Position numbers and translations under genes: made by a program | DNA from: Paraspadella gotoi | Taxonomy: Eukaryota; Animalia; Chaetognatha | Assembly (NCBI GenBank): GCA_051294375.1 | Contig: CM119268.1 | Span: 13,415,437 to 13,479,436 of the forward strand | Direction: 5' to 3' | Length of the DNA stretch: 64,000 nucleotides | The notes under the pieces: generated by a model | The model's input: only the letters and a program-made list of their open reading frames with translations | Database searches by the model: none | Told to the model about the DNA's origin: nothing | Shown here: in pieces, positions 23,782-38,490 of the stretch | How the letters are laid out: every line of letters begins with the position of its first letter | Numbering within the stretch: the first letter of the stretch is position 1

Positions 23782-26700
23782 CTAATCTTTCTTTCCTTTT
23801 ATCTTTTCTCTCCCATCTTTTCTAATCGATCAGTTGTTCTTTTTTTCTCGCATGCGGGCGCCGCCATCTCGTAAAGCCGGAAGGAACGCTCAAAACAAGA
23901 AATATAAAAAACGATAAGCGTCGATACAATCAATTAAGATTCAATTAAATAATTAATAGAGCATGCTGGCACGTCGAAAACAAGTGCGCAGCGGGCCGAG
24001 ACCCGGAGGGACGGGCCAGTGAGTCATTGACAGCGGTTCTTTTAAAAATTTAGGAATTTCTCCTATCTTTTGCTGACTAATAAGTAATTATCATCTTTAC
24101 GTCAGCAATAATTGTATTATAATTTATACGTCTTATAATATTTAACGAAGTTTCGTATATTGTACTCTAATTGGCACATAAAAATAAGATTTGAAAGTTT
24201 GAATATAATATAATGACTAATGGTCACAATCGGTTAAATTATAACATTTGTTGAGCCGTTGATTGCTTAACAATCACTGTGCGTACCACGAGATCCAACC
24301 CGAAACGTGCACGATGATCGAACGTCTTTTTTATCAAGATGTCGAGATAAAAGCAACTCTTCACGATTACGCCAAAGTTGTGAATCCTCGTACGGAATGG
24401 AGATACGAGGTCACGGGGTCAGCGTGTGTGGGAACTTGCGATCGGGGAAAGTGAAAGTGAAAGTGAAAGAATGGTGAGAGTCAGTTGTTGGGTCTGGAGT
24501 TTTTTGTACGTATGTGAAGGCTGATTTCAGGGGTTCGGAGAACTTCCAACTCAACACAAAGTAAAGACTTTATTTCTCATTATTTTTTCGCGATCCCAGA
24601 CGTGTCTATCTTTTAATTGTCCTTCTGATATGAATCTGTTCTCGACCAAAATTCAGAATTCGTGGGTGGGGCGGTGTGGGGGCGATATGTACGGATCGGT
24701 CAAAGATGGAAAGAAGAAATAAGTAGGGAAGGAAAGAAGGAAAAGAAGAGAGAGGTCTCGTTGAAATCAGGAGGCAAAGTGAAAATTTTAAGTCAAGCTG
24801 AGCGGTAACTAACATTTTGTAATGATGCTTCATTGGAGAAAAGATAAATAATTTATGCATCGGACATCAAGAAGTAGAATGAATTGGGGGGGGGGAAGAG
24901 GATTCTGACTGGTGGGAGAGATAGGGGGACTCGGGGGGGGAAATGCAGATGAGCGGGAGAATGATTAAGACGCGAAACGAAGGGGGAGAGAATGAAGGGT
25001 CGATCGCAGAAGCGTTGAGACGAGGGTTGGAGGTGTTGAAGTCCAAGAGAACGTGGCGGATGTTTGGGGCGCTTGGGATTTTTGAGGCTTGAAGAGAGAG
25101 TTGGGAATGCGAGGAATCGATGATAGTGAATATTGAATGCAGAAAATGAGGAGGAAGAGGAGGGGGGGACGAGGTAAAAAGCACGCGGAGTAGCATTCGA
25201 ACTGCGTGACTCGGATATTGTTTATCGCTTTGATTGTTTGGGAGTTTTATTAATTTTAATTTAATCAAATTTTAGGCTGAAAGGGATCGGTCGCTGTCAT
25301 TCGCCGTTTCGCGCTAAACAATTTTAGATTAGTTATTAATTTGGGACATTAATTTAGTTTGAATTAGAAACTGAAATTATTTTAAATCAGCCTTTACACT
25401 AACGATTCTTTTAAGTAGGTTTTTCAAAATTTTTTTCTCTTTCTTCCATTTTTCTTTCGGTTTGCCTTTTTGAAATTCTAATTGGGGAAAAAACCTTTTG
25501 AAAGAAAAAAAAAAAGAAAAACGAAACAGTTAATGTCAAAATAAATGACTTGCCTCTTTCTTAAAAAGAAAAATATTTTGTAAACGAAATTACAAAATTC
25601 CCGAGACAAAAGACGAGGAATAACCAACGATGCCAGCTGGTGACGAGTTCACAGCCAACGCCTAGCCGACTACGACGGGGCGGGAGAAAGTGTAAATAAT
25701 TAGCATAAACAAAGTGACCAAAAAAATAAACTCAACCGCGTTTAACTGTGAGGGAAATTGGGCGGTCGCTATATCGAGGCTATCTCTAACCGAAATGAGA
25801 ATGATTTAATACCAAAAACCGTTGGCTCCATTAGCGCCGGTTTATTTGAAAAAAAAAAAGTTGTTAATTGAATTATATGATTATCAAAGGTGAACCCCGA
25901 CCGCCCGAAACTCGGCTTGGCTTTCCGAGAACCGATTTTTCGAAGGACATAAATCATCTGTCTCTGGATTGTTCGCTTCCATGCAACGCCGGTGAGTCAG
26001 TCTGTCCCTCCGCTTCTTTTTTTTTTTATTTTCATGATTCGTTTTGAGCGACTGGCTGGCAGTCTTCCCGGCAGTTATCTTGTATCGTCTCCAGTCTCAA
26101 TTTTTTTTTCGCTTTTTGTCTTTTTTTCTCCCTGTTTTTCTCTCCCGTCTCCCTCTCCCTCGCAGACTCCCACCCCTTCCCTTGGTCCAGCTGATGCTCC
26201 AGGCTCCGCCGCGTCTCTGCCGCGGCATGCCGCTCCTCCTACTGCTCGACGGTTTCCTCGCCGCTGCTTCTCTTTCACTTTTTTTTTTGCTGCTGCAGAA
26301 ACGAAGCAGCGTCGGCGACGGCGTTTGCTGCGGCGTCAGCGGTTCGCTGCGGCTGGGGCCTTTGGATCGGGATCCACTTCATTGAAACCAATGCTCTCTC
26401 TCGCCTTCCATAATCTCTCTTCAAAAGAATTTTTATACTTTTTAAAAATCTCGTTATAATTTTTTTAATATATATTTATCTGGGAAATTTTGAAAAGGAA
26501 AGGGTAAAAATATGTTTATTTGCCAAAGTTCTTTTTCCTCGGGTTTTTATTTTTTTTTTTAATCTGTTTAAATCTTTAAACAAAGTTTTTTTTTCTCAAT
26601 TTTTTTTCCCCAATTCGTTCGGTTTTTCGCCATCAATCTTCTCTCTTTTTTCAAAGTTATCTTCCAGACGGTTTTCAGTCTTCTTGCCTCATCAACGTCG

Positions 26701-27487
26701 GTGAGTCATGAATTATTTTTTCTCTTTTCAAATTTCGCGTTTTCTCCTTTTTCATTCTGAAGTTTTTTTTCTTGAGCTCTTTGTTCCAATTTTCCATTTT
26801 TATTTTTGGAGTCAATATATTTAATAATTTGGCGACCGATTTATCACCCCTAGACTAAATTGATTGATTTATCGGTGAATTGATTTCTATTTTTAAACTA
26901 CAAAATTAAATAATGGATTGATTCCCTTGATTCGATCGATTCGAACGATATCGATGATTTATCGAACGATTGACTGATTGACGGATTGATTGCTCGAATG
27001 AACGAATGAATCACCATCTTTTCGCCGAATCAATTAATCTTGACTCTGTCCAGATCGCAAGATCGATCGGCAGGCACGAGGAGCATCTGGTCGAAACGTG
27101 TGATTCGCCGCCAAGATTCACGTTTTCGCCGGTGAAGTCGGGATCGATCCCGGTTGATCTCTTATCCCGTCGATCAAGGATCCTTTCCTTCGCCTTACCC
27201 CTTCTACTTTTTTACTCACCCCAAGAAAAAAAAACAACTTAAATCGTCTGCTTCTCGTTTTCTTCCCAATTAAAAGTTTAGATCGAACGTTCATCGCAAA
27301 AACGTCGAGCTTTCAAATTTCTCTTCGTCAATTAAGAACTTGTTTTTTTTTAAATTCACTGTTGATTAAGAAATTATACTAACTGATCATAGAATAAAAT
27401 AGTAAGTCGAAAGTATTTGATAGCATGTCTTCTCTCTCTCTCTCTCTCTCGCTGCTCCTCTCTCTCTCTCTCTTCTCTCTCTCTCTC

Positions 27488-27520
<33 letters not shown>

Positions 27521-28711
27521 CTCCCTCTCCCTCTCCCTTCATGAACATATCAAACAACACGAGCAATGAAATTCGAACTAATTTCGGTTTTTTTCAACCA
27601 AACGGAGGGAGAGGGGCTTTTACTCTGGTTTGTAAAGAAGAAAATAAATCCCGACTCTGTTGATGTACAAATTGTATCTTGATACATCGATGTTTTTTAA
27701 ATAAAAAAAGGAATGTTGTTCTTGCCAACCAGTTAGTTATTGGCCGGTGTTTTTTCACATATATTATTTTATTTTTTCTTCCTTTTTCTTGATTTTTTAA
27801 TCTTTTCGTTTTTCTCCATTTTTTCTAGGACTATTCTCAATACATCACTTTTTTGTTATATTTATCGGCCAAGACAAAACGATTGTGTATGTATCATAAA
27901 TTCAGTTTCTCTGGTATGTTTTTTCCCTTTCTTTCCGATTAACTTATTTATGACATTTCTATGGCGAAAAGGTTATTACTTATTGATTAGTTATCGATTA
28001 TTTAATTCGTTAAAAAGAAATCGTTATAAAAAATAAGAATTTAATTAATTTTAGAACGTAGTATGTATAAAACCCTAGAGCCTAGTCATATAATAATATT
28101 TAAAAAAAAAACAATAAATAAATCCCACAGAATGAACCCACTACGAAAAAAATAAGACGTGTTTTTTGTTTTTTATAAAATTGAAAAAAAAAATTTAAAT
28201 GTCGTCGTAAACAAATAAAAGTAATGGAATAAATAAAGCAACGAAAGAAGACAAAATAACGCTCTGCATAAAAAGTGAAAAATAAGGATTTTTCCTTCCT
28301 TTCAAATTTCAAAACTCACTTCTTTTTATAACCTTCTTTCTCCTCTACTTTTTCTCCCTTTAGTTTTTTTTATTCCCTCCTTTCTTTTCTTTTCTTTTCT
28401 ATTTTTCTCTTCGTTTCTTCTCTTTTAGTCCTGTTTTTCCTTCATTTAAATTCAACTTCATTTCAAATCTCCCTTTTCTTTCATGTTTCCATGACATAAA
28501 AATTTGAAAAGGAAAACCAAGGAAATCCATTCGAATTCTTGGCCTCTGCGCTCGATCGTGTCTCTGCGTCGCCATTCTCCCCCTTTATTTTATTTACGAC
28601 ATTTTATGACTTTACCCTGAGCTGACGTATTTCATATAGTAAAAATAAATACTTTCATGATAAGATCTCACGCCTGAATTGAGTAATAATTTTGTTTGTA
28701 GGCTCTACCCC

Positions 28712-28751
<40 letters not shown>

Positions 28752-29497
28752 TCTCTCTCTAACATTCATTTCGGGCGTCTCTCTGGTCCTCATGTCTCGA
28801 TGCATTCGTGCCCCGACTCGTTTCCCATCATATTCCGTTTTTCCGCTATCACTCTTTTTTTTTACGCAGTCTTCGCTTGACAGTTACGATTTCCAGAGCG
28901 CGATCGTCCAAGGCCCAGTTTCGGGTTTTTTCCTCTCGTCACTTTTTGAAAAAAGATTATCCGCTTTGGCTAATTATATATTCTGAGTCGGACTAATGGG
29001 ATTTTTGAAAAGGAACGTGATTTATCGAATAAAGTAAGTTGCGTGCTTTGGTGAGAGGGAACTGGGGAGTGGCTAAATAAATCAGTTGTGAAATATATAT
29101 TTAGTAGCATTATTTACCTTTTTTTCTTTGGTTCTTACTTAGTTAATTTGGTTGTTGGTTATAGACTTATCCATCTATTATAAGTAGATCATCTCCAAAT
29201 TCCCCCATGTCCCCGCCCATGGGCACTGAGAGAGAGAGAGAGAGAGATGATGATGATAAACAAAAATTAAAAATGCCCGAGAATAAAGCTCTTAGGGCAA
29301 TATTTACTACAGTTTAAAGTAAAACGTTGCCGGCCGCACGAGCGGTCTTAGGGCGGTTAAAATACTTTACGGAGTACTACTCCGGTAAAAAGAGAAGCCT
29401 GCCACACTTGGGGTCTTAGGGCACAATACTATACTAGGGACTTCGCCTGCCGCACGCGCGGTCTTAGGGCTACTTGATGCTACTGTTAACGGAATAT

Positions 29498-29605
<108 letters not shown>

Positions 29606-32211
29606 ATTCCGAATTCCGCAACGTCACTCCTCGCTTTCGCAATCTCGAGTCGTGAATGATAATCATAAGATCGAAATGTTGATAAAAGTCAACGAAATCT
29701 AATTGTCTCATTATAAATTGGTCAAAGAGTGAATCTCCAAACAAATCTACTCGTAAATTTGACGCTGAAATAGTTTGGGCGTGGTTTCTGGTTAATTGTC
29801 TCGAAAATTGTTTCGCCTCGTTTCGTTTCGCTAACTGGGAAGTTGAGAACACTTATTAGAACTCTAAAAAAAATCTATGAACCCGATGAGCTCACCAAAC
29901 GATTGCTTTTTCAAACTTTAAAAAGAAATGGAGGACCTGACCTATCGTTATCTAAATTTGAAAAAGGTGAGGTAGATTTTAGTAATAAAACAAATAAGCG
30001 AAATAAATAGTAGAATAAATCTGGAATGTCGTCACGACGAATCTCCAGATTTAAGATCGACCTTTCGGGAATTCTTGACTTTCGACTTTCGACACGAAAT
30101 GAAATCTTTTTTTTTTTTAATCGCGATCAATAAGATCTTCGCCAATTTTTTTTTTATGTCCTACGTCTTCACGACGATCCGGAATTTTAACTTACGAATA
30201 ATAAAAAAAATTATTATTTCGATGTTTATAAAATAGCTAAATGAGCACGCGCGTGTATTTCGACTTTTGAACGAAATTTGGCCACGACCGCAAAACAATA
30301 AAATATCTCAAAATAGACGAACTTCAAGGTCGATTCTGTTTGAAGACCAACGTCGTTGGCAACGATCGTTATTCGTTAACCATCCGTTAAAAGTGGCCGT
30401 AAATGGAACGAATTTCCTCGTTTTCCTCGTTAAAATTTTATAAATCTCGCATCGGAGAGTTTGGAGAAATTGTGCTGGGCAGATCCGGGCATGACGAGAT
30501 TTTTACCGATAATCTTAGGGGCACAAATCACTTAATAAATTTAAATAACAAATAACTCGGGCTTCTAACGGCGATTGGGGAAATCACCGCGTAAGTTTTT
30601 TTACAAAGTTTTCCAATTGATTAACTTTTTATGTTTCTGGTCTTAAATTTCAACGTCTTCATTTCTTTCACCCGATCTCTTCTAATAATCTATTCTAATC
30701 TCTTCTAATAATCTATTCTAATCTCTTTTAATAATTATCCTCGACGAATATATTTTATACTCTTATCTCTCCAGTCAGACTTTTCGGCGATCCCGTTCAT
30801 TTCGTGATTATCACGTTTTTCGAGTCGACGTTTGAATACAAAATAATTCAAATAATTCGAGGATTCTAATCGGATTTATTGTCCGACTTTGACGCTCAAG
30901 TCGCCAGCAACAGAGGAATCCGATTACAACGAAAAATGTTTTTCACATTTTATCTCGTTTGTCGATCTCGAGAAACTGTTGTTGTTGTTGTTTGCCTGTT
31001 AGTGTGTTACTATGTTAGTTAATAAGGTAGAATATTAAATTAAAAATCTTCCGTCTCAGATGAACATTTGATAAAAATATTATTAGTCTTCCCGCTCAGA
31101 TGAACATTTGATTACTCTTACTATTATTTAGACTTTATACTTTATTGTGGGCCGCATCTGAGCCAGGGTTCCGCCGTCAGTTGCTCATTTTCTCTTTCGC
31201 TTTGACACAATTATACCTCCTAAATCTGATATATCTGTCTCCCTCTGATTTTCAACTAAAAAATTTCAGGTTTTATCTTCGGACTTTTCTTCATTTTCTT
31301 TCTTCTCACGAAATCCAGTTTAATTTTTTTTTTATCCGTGAAGATTTTAAACTCGAATAAATCTAACGGTTTCTTTATTCTTTGAGGTTGAGGTAGACTA
31401 GACGACGTCGACGACGACGACGACGAGAACGACGAGAACGACGTCGACCACAACGACGGGGTCGACGACAATTATCACAGTTTCTCAACGAACTCTTCAG
31501 CTTTTTTTTTTTTCAGTTTTTGTTCTTTACAGGATTCCCATGACTCTTTTTTTTTTTGTCGGACGGATTCTGCCTCAAAAAAAAAAAAACGCCGCTCGCT
31601 GTTTTTCTTTTTCTGCCTTTTTTATTTTGTTTACGAAATCGGTTGTCAAAATTCTCTTATCAGGAAGATGGGCTTAACATTATTTTCCGTGGGGTTTAGT
31701 ATATCGCTCACTCTAAGTCCGTAAACGTCAATCGCGCTTCGGGAGAATTAAGCTTTTTCATGACGGTTAACGGACGAATCAGTCTTCCAGCGTTTCTCGC
31801 TCGATTTTTACGCTTTACGATTCTCCGAAGGCCTCGTTGGAGTTTTTTGTCGTAAAATTCAAACGACATGAACGTAAAGATCGATCGCTTCCTTCAATAT
31901 TATCTTCGCTGCAACGCGTCTATTTATAAAAAAAAAAGAATTAAACAACACGAATATAATTTACTTTGCGGTTAAAATATAATTTGGTATTAAGTATAAC
32001 TTAAATTCGCGTTAACCCTTAACGCTAAAAGGACATTCGAGTTCTCGCGATCCAACAGGATCTTGTTCAAACCTTTCAAAAGGATTTGTGTGTCTTCGTG
32101 AATGTTGTGTCTTCGTGAGTCTCTTTTGTGCGAAGCCGTTTTTGGGACGGATTGTTCTGTTGACGTTTCTCACGTAAACACGAAAACCTAAAAGTCGTCC
32201 TTTATCTGGTT

Positions 32212-32327
<116 letters not shown>

Positions 32328-33000
32328 TCACATCTCCTTGCCCCTCCCATCTCTTAACCCCTTAATTTTTTCCTCTCCCTTCTTTCGACTCTTCTCTCTC
32401 CCTGATCTAATTTTCATTTTTTAAAGATCCTTGTGATAACTTTTAAAATTCGAACGATAAAAAAAACCCCAAAGAATGAGTCATCGCTCGTAATCGGAGA
32501 ATGTAAACATTTTCTCGAGAGGATTGTATTTTACTTTTTATCACATGAGAAGCGAAAATAAACAACTTTTGTACATGTACGACTGATATTCTCCACTTAT
32601 TGTCAAAACTCAATTTAAAAAAAAAAGCTAACGAAAGAAAAGAAAAGAAATCCCACATCGGCGTTGAATATAAAAAAGAATTAATGGAATGTGCTAAAAA
32701 TAATGATTTGCGGTCTGTTTTGCCTAAAAAATAAAAAATAGGACCGACAGGCGTTCCGCTTGACTTTTTCCCGATCTCTCTCTTCTTTTTATTAGGACCT
32801 CCTTCTGTTGGGGGGGATAAGAGGATGAGGAAGAGGAAGAGGAAGAAACGTGAGAAAGGAGACCACCCGGGGGCAAAACGAAAACCCTAAGATGAGGGGG
32901 ACGAGAGAGGGGGACCGGGGTGGGTGAAAAACGAGAGGAGAGAGAGAGAGAGAGAGTGAGAGAGAGTAGAGAGTAGAGAGGAAGAGAGAGAGTAGAGAGG

Positions 33001-33067
<67 letters not shown>

Positions 33068-33743
33068 ATGCCGTAGCAGCCTCCTTAAAAGGCGACGAGA
33101 AAGCTTTTAAAAAACCGGGCGGTCGAGAAGGGATGATGGGAACCGGACGAACTGTTGGAGGGGTGCTCCGATTCGTGGAGACGAGTCAATGAAAGCCTAA
33201 ACCGTCCTTGAAAAAAAAAGAAAAAAAAAAGAAAGATAAAGCAACAACAACGAAAAAAAAAAAATCCCCATCGGAATCAAAACATTCCCTCCGACAAAAA
33301 AAGAGAAATCAGGACGAAAAGTTCCGTTCGCAAACGATCGAAAATCCCTCGAGTACAAAGCGATCGATAGCGTTTCTATCTTTTATCTTTTAGTCTATCG
33401 CGATGTTTACATCGAGCGTCTTTTGTTTTTATTTTGTTATGTTTTTATTCCTAATCGAAAATAAATTAGTTGTTTGAATTTTTCTTTTCTGTCGCTTCAT
33501 TATTTCTATTTTTTGTCTGTACTGTCTACCGTCCGTCTGTCGGTCGGTCTTCCAGTTCTTATTTCGCAAACTCATTTTTTTTTCTAAATGCGTTTCGGGT
33601 TGTCCTTGTCCTAGTTGCTTTTGTCCCTGGACTTGTCGTCGTCGTTGTAGTTTTATTCATCAATTGTCCTCTGCGGTTGGCTGGTGCCTCGTTTCGGGCC
33701 TCGTTTAATCTCACCCCATCAAAGAGAGAGAGATCTCCATCCA

Positions 33744-33786
<43 letters not shown>

Positions 33787-36552
33787 NNNNNNNNNNNNNN
33801 NNNNNNNNNNNGAAGGACAGAAAATAATCGATGCTTTTTTTTTTTCTAAAAGAGAGAAAAATGAGAGGAATGAGGGAATAAAAGGAAAAGGAAAATAGTG
33901 AGGGAAAAAAAAAAGGAGAGGCAAAGGAAGAGTCGGAGGGTCAAAAAGTGTCTGTGTGGAAAAAAATATATTTGTCAAATTTCCTATTAACAAAAATATT
34001 TTTCAGCTATTAAAAAAAAGGAGAGGAGAGTTGAAGGATGAAGTTTTTCGTAATGAAGATGACGAAGTGGACGAGAAGGGTGAAGAAGACGACGACGAAA
34101 TGACGACGACACGACGAGTCAAGCGGATTACGTTGTCGAGGAAGAAGAAAACGATAGTCAAACAATTTACGTCGGCGTCGCCGACTGTAAAAAAAGAAGA
34201 TCGTCATCATAGTATTCGAACTCCTTTTACTGAGTCGTTCCCGAAAGACTCGTATCACACAGCTTCTGAAAACTGCCAATAAAAGTTTAAAGGTTTAAAA
34301 TCTTCATCTCCACTCAATCTCCTTGAGGAAAATCGTTTTCCGGGGGACTTAAATCGTAATGGAATTTGCCCCCCCCCTCCAACCAAAGAAAAAAATCGAG
34401 ATAAGCATCCGAAAATTCAATTAAGCGAAAAGAAAGATGGGAAGCGGATGTCGGCACCTGCACGCCGGCCGGAAGACATCTGCTCGCAGAGATGCGTCTC
34501 GCGAGGCGTCGCGTGATTCTCTTTTTTTTAAGCTTTTAATGATTCGTATTTGAATCGAGGGACGATGAGCGAAGATAAGGAAATTGAAAATTGAAAGATT
34601 AACGAAAGACTGAAATTGAATTAGAAGATCGAAAGAATAAAGACAAAGGAGGAAATGAGAAAAGGATATCGAAATAAGATAAGAATAGCGATAAAAGAGA
34701 AGGAGACAAAAGAATTAATAAAAGGAAAACAAGAAGAAAAATCGATTTCTCGAGAAATTCGTTCTCGAAAACATTCGTCGCGACCTTTGTGTTGTTTTCG
34801 GTCGCTAAGGAAATCGATTCGTAAACAAAGTCGACGAGAATCCGTGACTGATGAATTTTTGAGCGTCGAGATGGAGGGGAAACAACCGAGGCCCTTGATG
34901 AACGAACCCATTTTGAGGGAAAGCTTAAAAACCTCGCCTTTAATTTGTCACCAGAGTGCACATTGCACAATTTTCTTCACGCAGTGCAAAGTGCGCGCTT
35001 CAAAGAGTCTGGTAATCTAATTAAAATAACGATGTATTATGAATTTTTTTTCAACGTATAACTTTTTTTAAAACATGGTCGCTTCCACTGATATAAAAAG
35101 AGAGAGCGTGGTGGAACCGGTGGCGTGGTGGCGATGACGCGCCTCGCGTGTCGCTCTCTCCTTTCTCTCGCCTCTTTGTCTTGCCCTCCTACCAGCGATA
35201 ACCCTGCACGGGAACCGTTTGAAAGACCGATGTTCAAATTAAAATCGATTGAGGCGGAAAAGTTCGGTTCGATTCTGGTCATTAACAGTATTTATTTACA
35301 GGCTGAGGAGCAGTATGTCAGCTTCAAAATAGAATTGAGCGAAATTGGTGAAAGGTTGAAGATGAAAAATTATTGTCTAGAATTCTTTCGCAGCTTAAAT
35401 GTCTCATACCAAAGCGATGGTCAAAAAGACGAAGACGACGACCAAGTCATTCACTCTACTAGACATTGTCCTACATTTAGAGGAGGAATTTGATGACATA
35501 GACAACAACAACGACATTATCGCCTAATCGGTTCATGAAACAATTCCGAATTTCTTTTCGAGGATTTTAATCGTCTGCCGACCGAACGGACGAAGGGACA
35601 GGAAGACGGACGAACCGAAGACAGGAAACGACGAATCATCTCGTCCCAACCAAAGTCAAAAAACTCAATTCCAAAATTCTTTTTTCTCTCGAGACACAAA
35701 CTTTTGTCGGGTCGGCGTAATTGAGGATAACGGACGGACGGACTGACTGACGGTTAACGCTGGTTTTGGATCTTTTTTTTTTTTTTCATATTTCCCAAGT
35801 TTAAAATTTGAGTTTCGAGTTTCTTTCATGTTTATGTTTATGAATTCCTTTGGTTTTAGGTATGTGGTTGAATTTCAAGTCTTCGGACCCGGTCGACGGC
35901 CGAGCTCCTGTCCTTCTAAATGAGGTCGCTTAACAATTGGATCGGTTTTGGAAAAAAATTTTAATAAAGACCTACGTTTAAAGCTGGAGTTTTAAACCCA
36001 AACGTGGGATATTTTTTAAAATCCTGTAAAAAAAATAAGTTCAAATTATCGAGCGGGAATTGTTGTGGTCGGTTACTCAGGTATAGAATAATATGTTCGA
36101 CTCTTTGTCGGTCTGCTTTATATTGTCACAACTAAAAAAGAATTAAATTGGAGATTAAGTTGAAGATTAGATGTGATGTTGAACTCGGGTGTGGGTTTTA
36201 AAAGTTTACATAATACACTATTTATGTTTCTACTTTCTAGTCATCAGTGTTTAAGTAAATAAAAAGCTTGGCAAAGATACGATTAATCGAAGATGTTGTC
36301 GTGTTGTTAATATTTATTTACAGTCATTAGCTATCGTTAAAAAGCGAGTTGCGAGTGGGCGTGCATAGTATGACAAGGAGGCGGGCGAGCGCGATGACGC
36401 AAGATAACGGGACGGCGATTCGCCGGTGGACGCGTCAATCGGCGCGTCGCTCCGACGGCCGAAATCGTGTCTCCGTCGTGGGAAAGAAATCATATTTTCT
36501 TAGAAGACGAATCTTTAAAAACTCAACCCGAGGCGAAAAAGGAAAAAACGGG

Positions 36553-36598
<46 letters not shown>

Positions 36599-36744
36599 AG
36601 GTGGACGAGGTTACGATCTTCCGGCCAATTTGGGTCGAAGTCGACAAAATTCGACTCAATTCTTTCTCTTCAAGACTTTTTTATCCGAGGAGAGTCAGAC
36701 AGAGACATCTTTCGATCCGATTCCACTCTCAAAGGACTGGCGAT

Positions 36745-37336
36745 TAAGGCGTAGTAAAATTCTAATTTAACTTTAATTAAAATTCTAAAAGTGAGGAACG
36801 AACAATATTATATTAATGACATTATATAATAAAAAAATTTATAATAAATTTTACAATTTACGCAGTAGGTATATTTATACTAGTACTAAACCATAAATGT
36901 TAAAATTCAAAACAGTTTCTAAGATTTTTTTGCAGATTTGGATTTTCATAAAAAAGTTGACAAAAAAAATATTAACTCTTTTTGAAAAATTCCTTCATTA
37001 AGTGGGTCAAAATTAAAAAGCTATATTTTAAGCTAAAATTAAACTTTTTATAATTTAACTTAGTTTTTTTAATTTTAACCACTTAATGAGAATTTTTAAA
37101 AATGATTCATATTTCTTTTATCAACTTTTGACGAGGAAATTCAAATCTGCAATCAAAATTAAGAAAAGTCTATTTTGAAATTTTTCGATTTCATAAGGAT
37201 AGTACTATATATAAATATAGCCTACTGCGAAAATTAAAAAACATAAAATTAATTTTTTTTACAATTTAATGTTACTGATAGTATGTTGTTCATAATTGAC
37301 TTTAGAATTTTCGTATGTAACTTTCACTACGCCTTA
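36745..37336. mobile_element. Fold-back non-autonomous DNA transposon (~590 bp) with 7-bp TSD
   Basis: Termini TAAGGCGTAGT / ACTACGCCTTA; internal pairs CGCAGTAGG/CCTACTGCG, TTGCAGATTTG/CAAATCTGCAA, CATTAAGTGG/CCACTTAATG; flanked by TGGCGAT on both sides. Confidence 0.8.
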
Positions 37337-37652
37337 TGGCGATTGGTAGAGAGACAAATAGTTTCCCACCCATCAGATCGCCCAGTCTTTTGAGAGTTGA
37401 ATCAATTGTCAACTATCTGAAACTTTTAACTGTTTGGCTCCCTCTGGTAAGTTGATTTAAAATTAGAGTCAAAGACCAGATGATTCTGAGGTATTAATTT
37501 ATCACCGTTTTGTTTACAAACAAAATCGTTTTTTAAGCTCGCACGTTTGACTAGGTTTATTCTCGTGACTAGAGTTAATCGGCGCAACGTACGATTTAAA
37601 TCAAATTAAGTTCTCCATAAACCGAGAGTGGGATAGAGACACAGACACAACA

Positions 37653-37691
<39 letters not shown>

Positions 37692-38447
37692 CTCTCGCTC
37701 TCTGGCACAGATGTTTTTTAAAAAATATTAAAAAGGATGAGTATTGAGTAAGGTGATCCTAAAAGCTGCTCTTTTCTTTATTTTCTGTTTTATTTCTCGT
37801 TCTGTATCAGGTCATTGCTAATGTCCATGTACTCGATATTTTTCTTGTTTGCTTCTTATTTAGTCTTACCTTTTTTTAATAAATGTGTCATAATAAATTG
37901 TCTTGTATTTTTTTTTTATTTGCAGTTCAACTGTTGTTTTTTTTTTCTTTAGATTTTTTTCATCTCTCGCGATCTTTTTAATTTTTTTTCCTTCTTTTTT
38001 TTATTTTTTTTATTTGTTCGTGACTAAAAAGATATAGACTCAGCTCAAAGAGCTTCTAGTTTTAGTCTCGATTTTAATTGTATTTATTAGTTTACAAAAA
38101 ACCGTGGTGAGACTATAAATATTTTGTAATGAGAGTCGTGAATCTAATTTTATACTTATTGTATTAGGACCATGATTCCGTTCTGATACTGACAAAAAAA
38201 AAGCGTAATAAGATTAACCAGCGAGAGATGGGGTTAGGCGGGTGAGTGAGAACTCAAGAGACGGAGTCAGGTAAAGTAAGGTGAGACTTACTTACGTAAA
38301 AAAAAAGGTGAAGTAAGGTGATACGAGACACGACGAGTTAAGACGAGCCAAGTTGGTAAAGGTGAGTCAACTTTGACGAGATTAGTTCGAGATAAGAACC
38401 AGGATGGAGAACATTACCCTTTTTTGGGAGAAGGGAAGAGAGAGAGG

Positions 38448-38490
<43 letters not shown>

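Noticed and set aside
33956-35720. Chain of + ORFs in the palindrome arm as one frameshifted gene
   Set aside because: Both arms share the stop after SENCQ, so it is not an error; no recognisable domain
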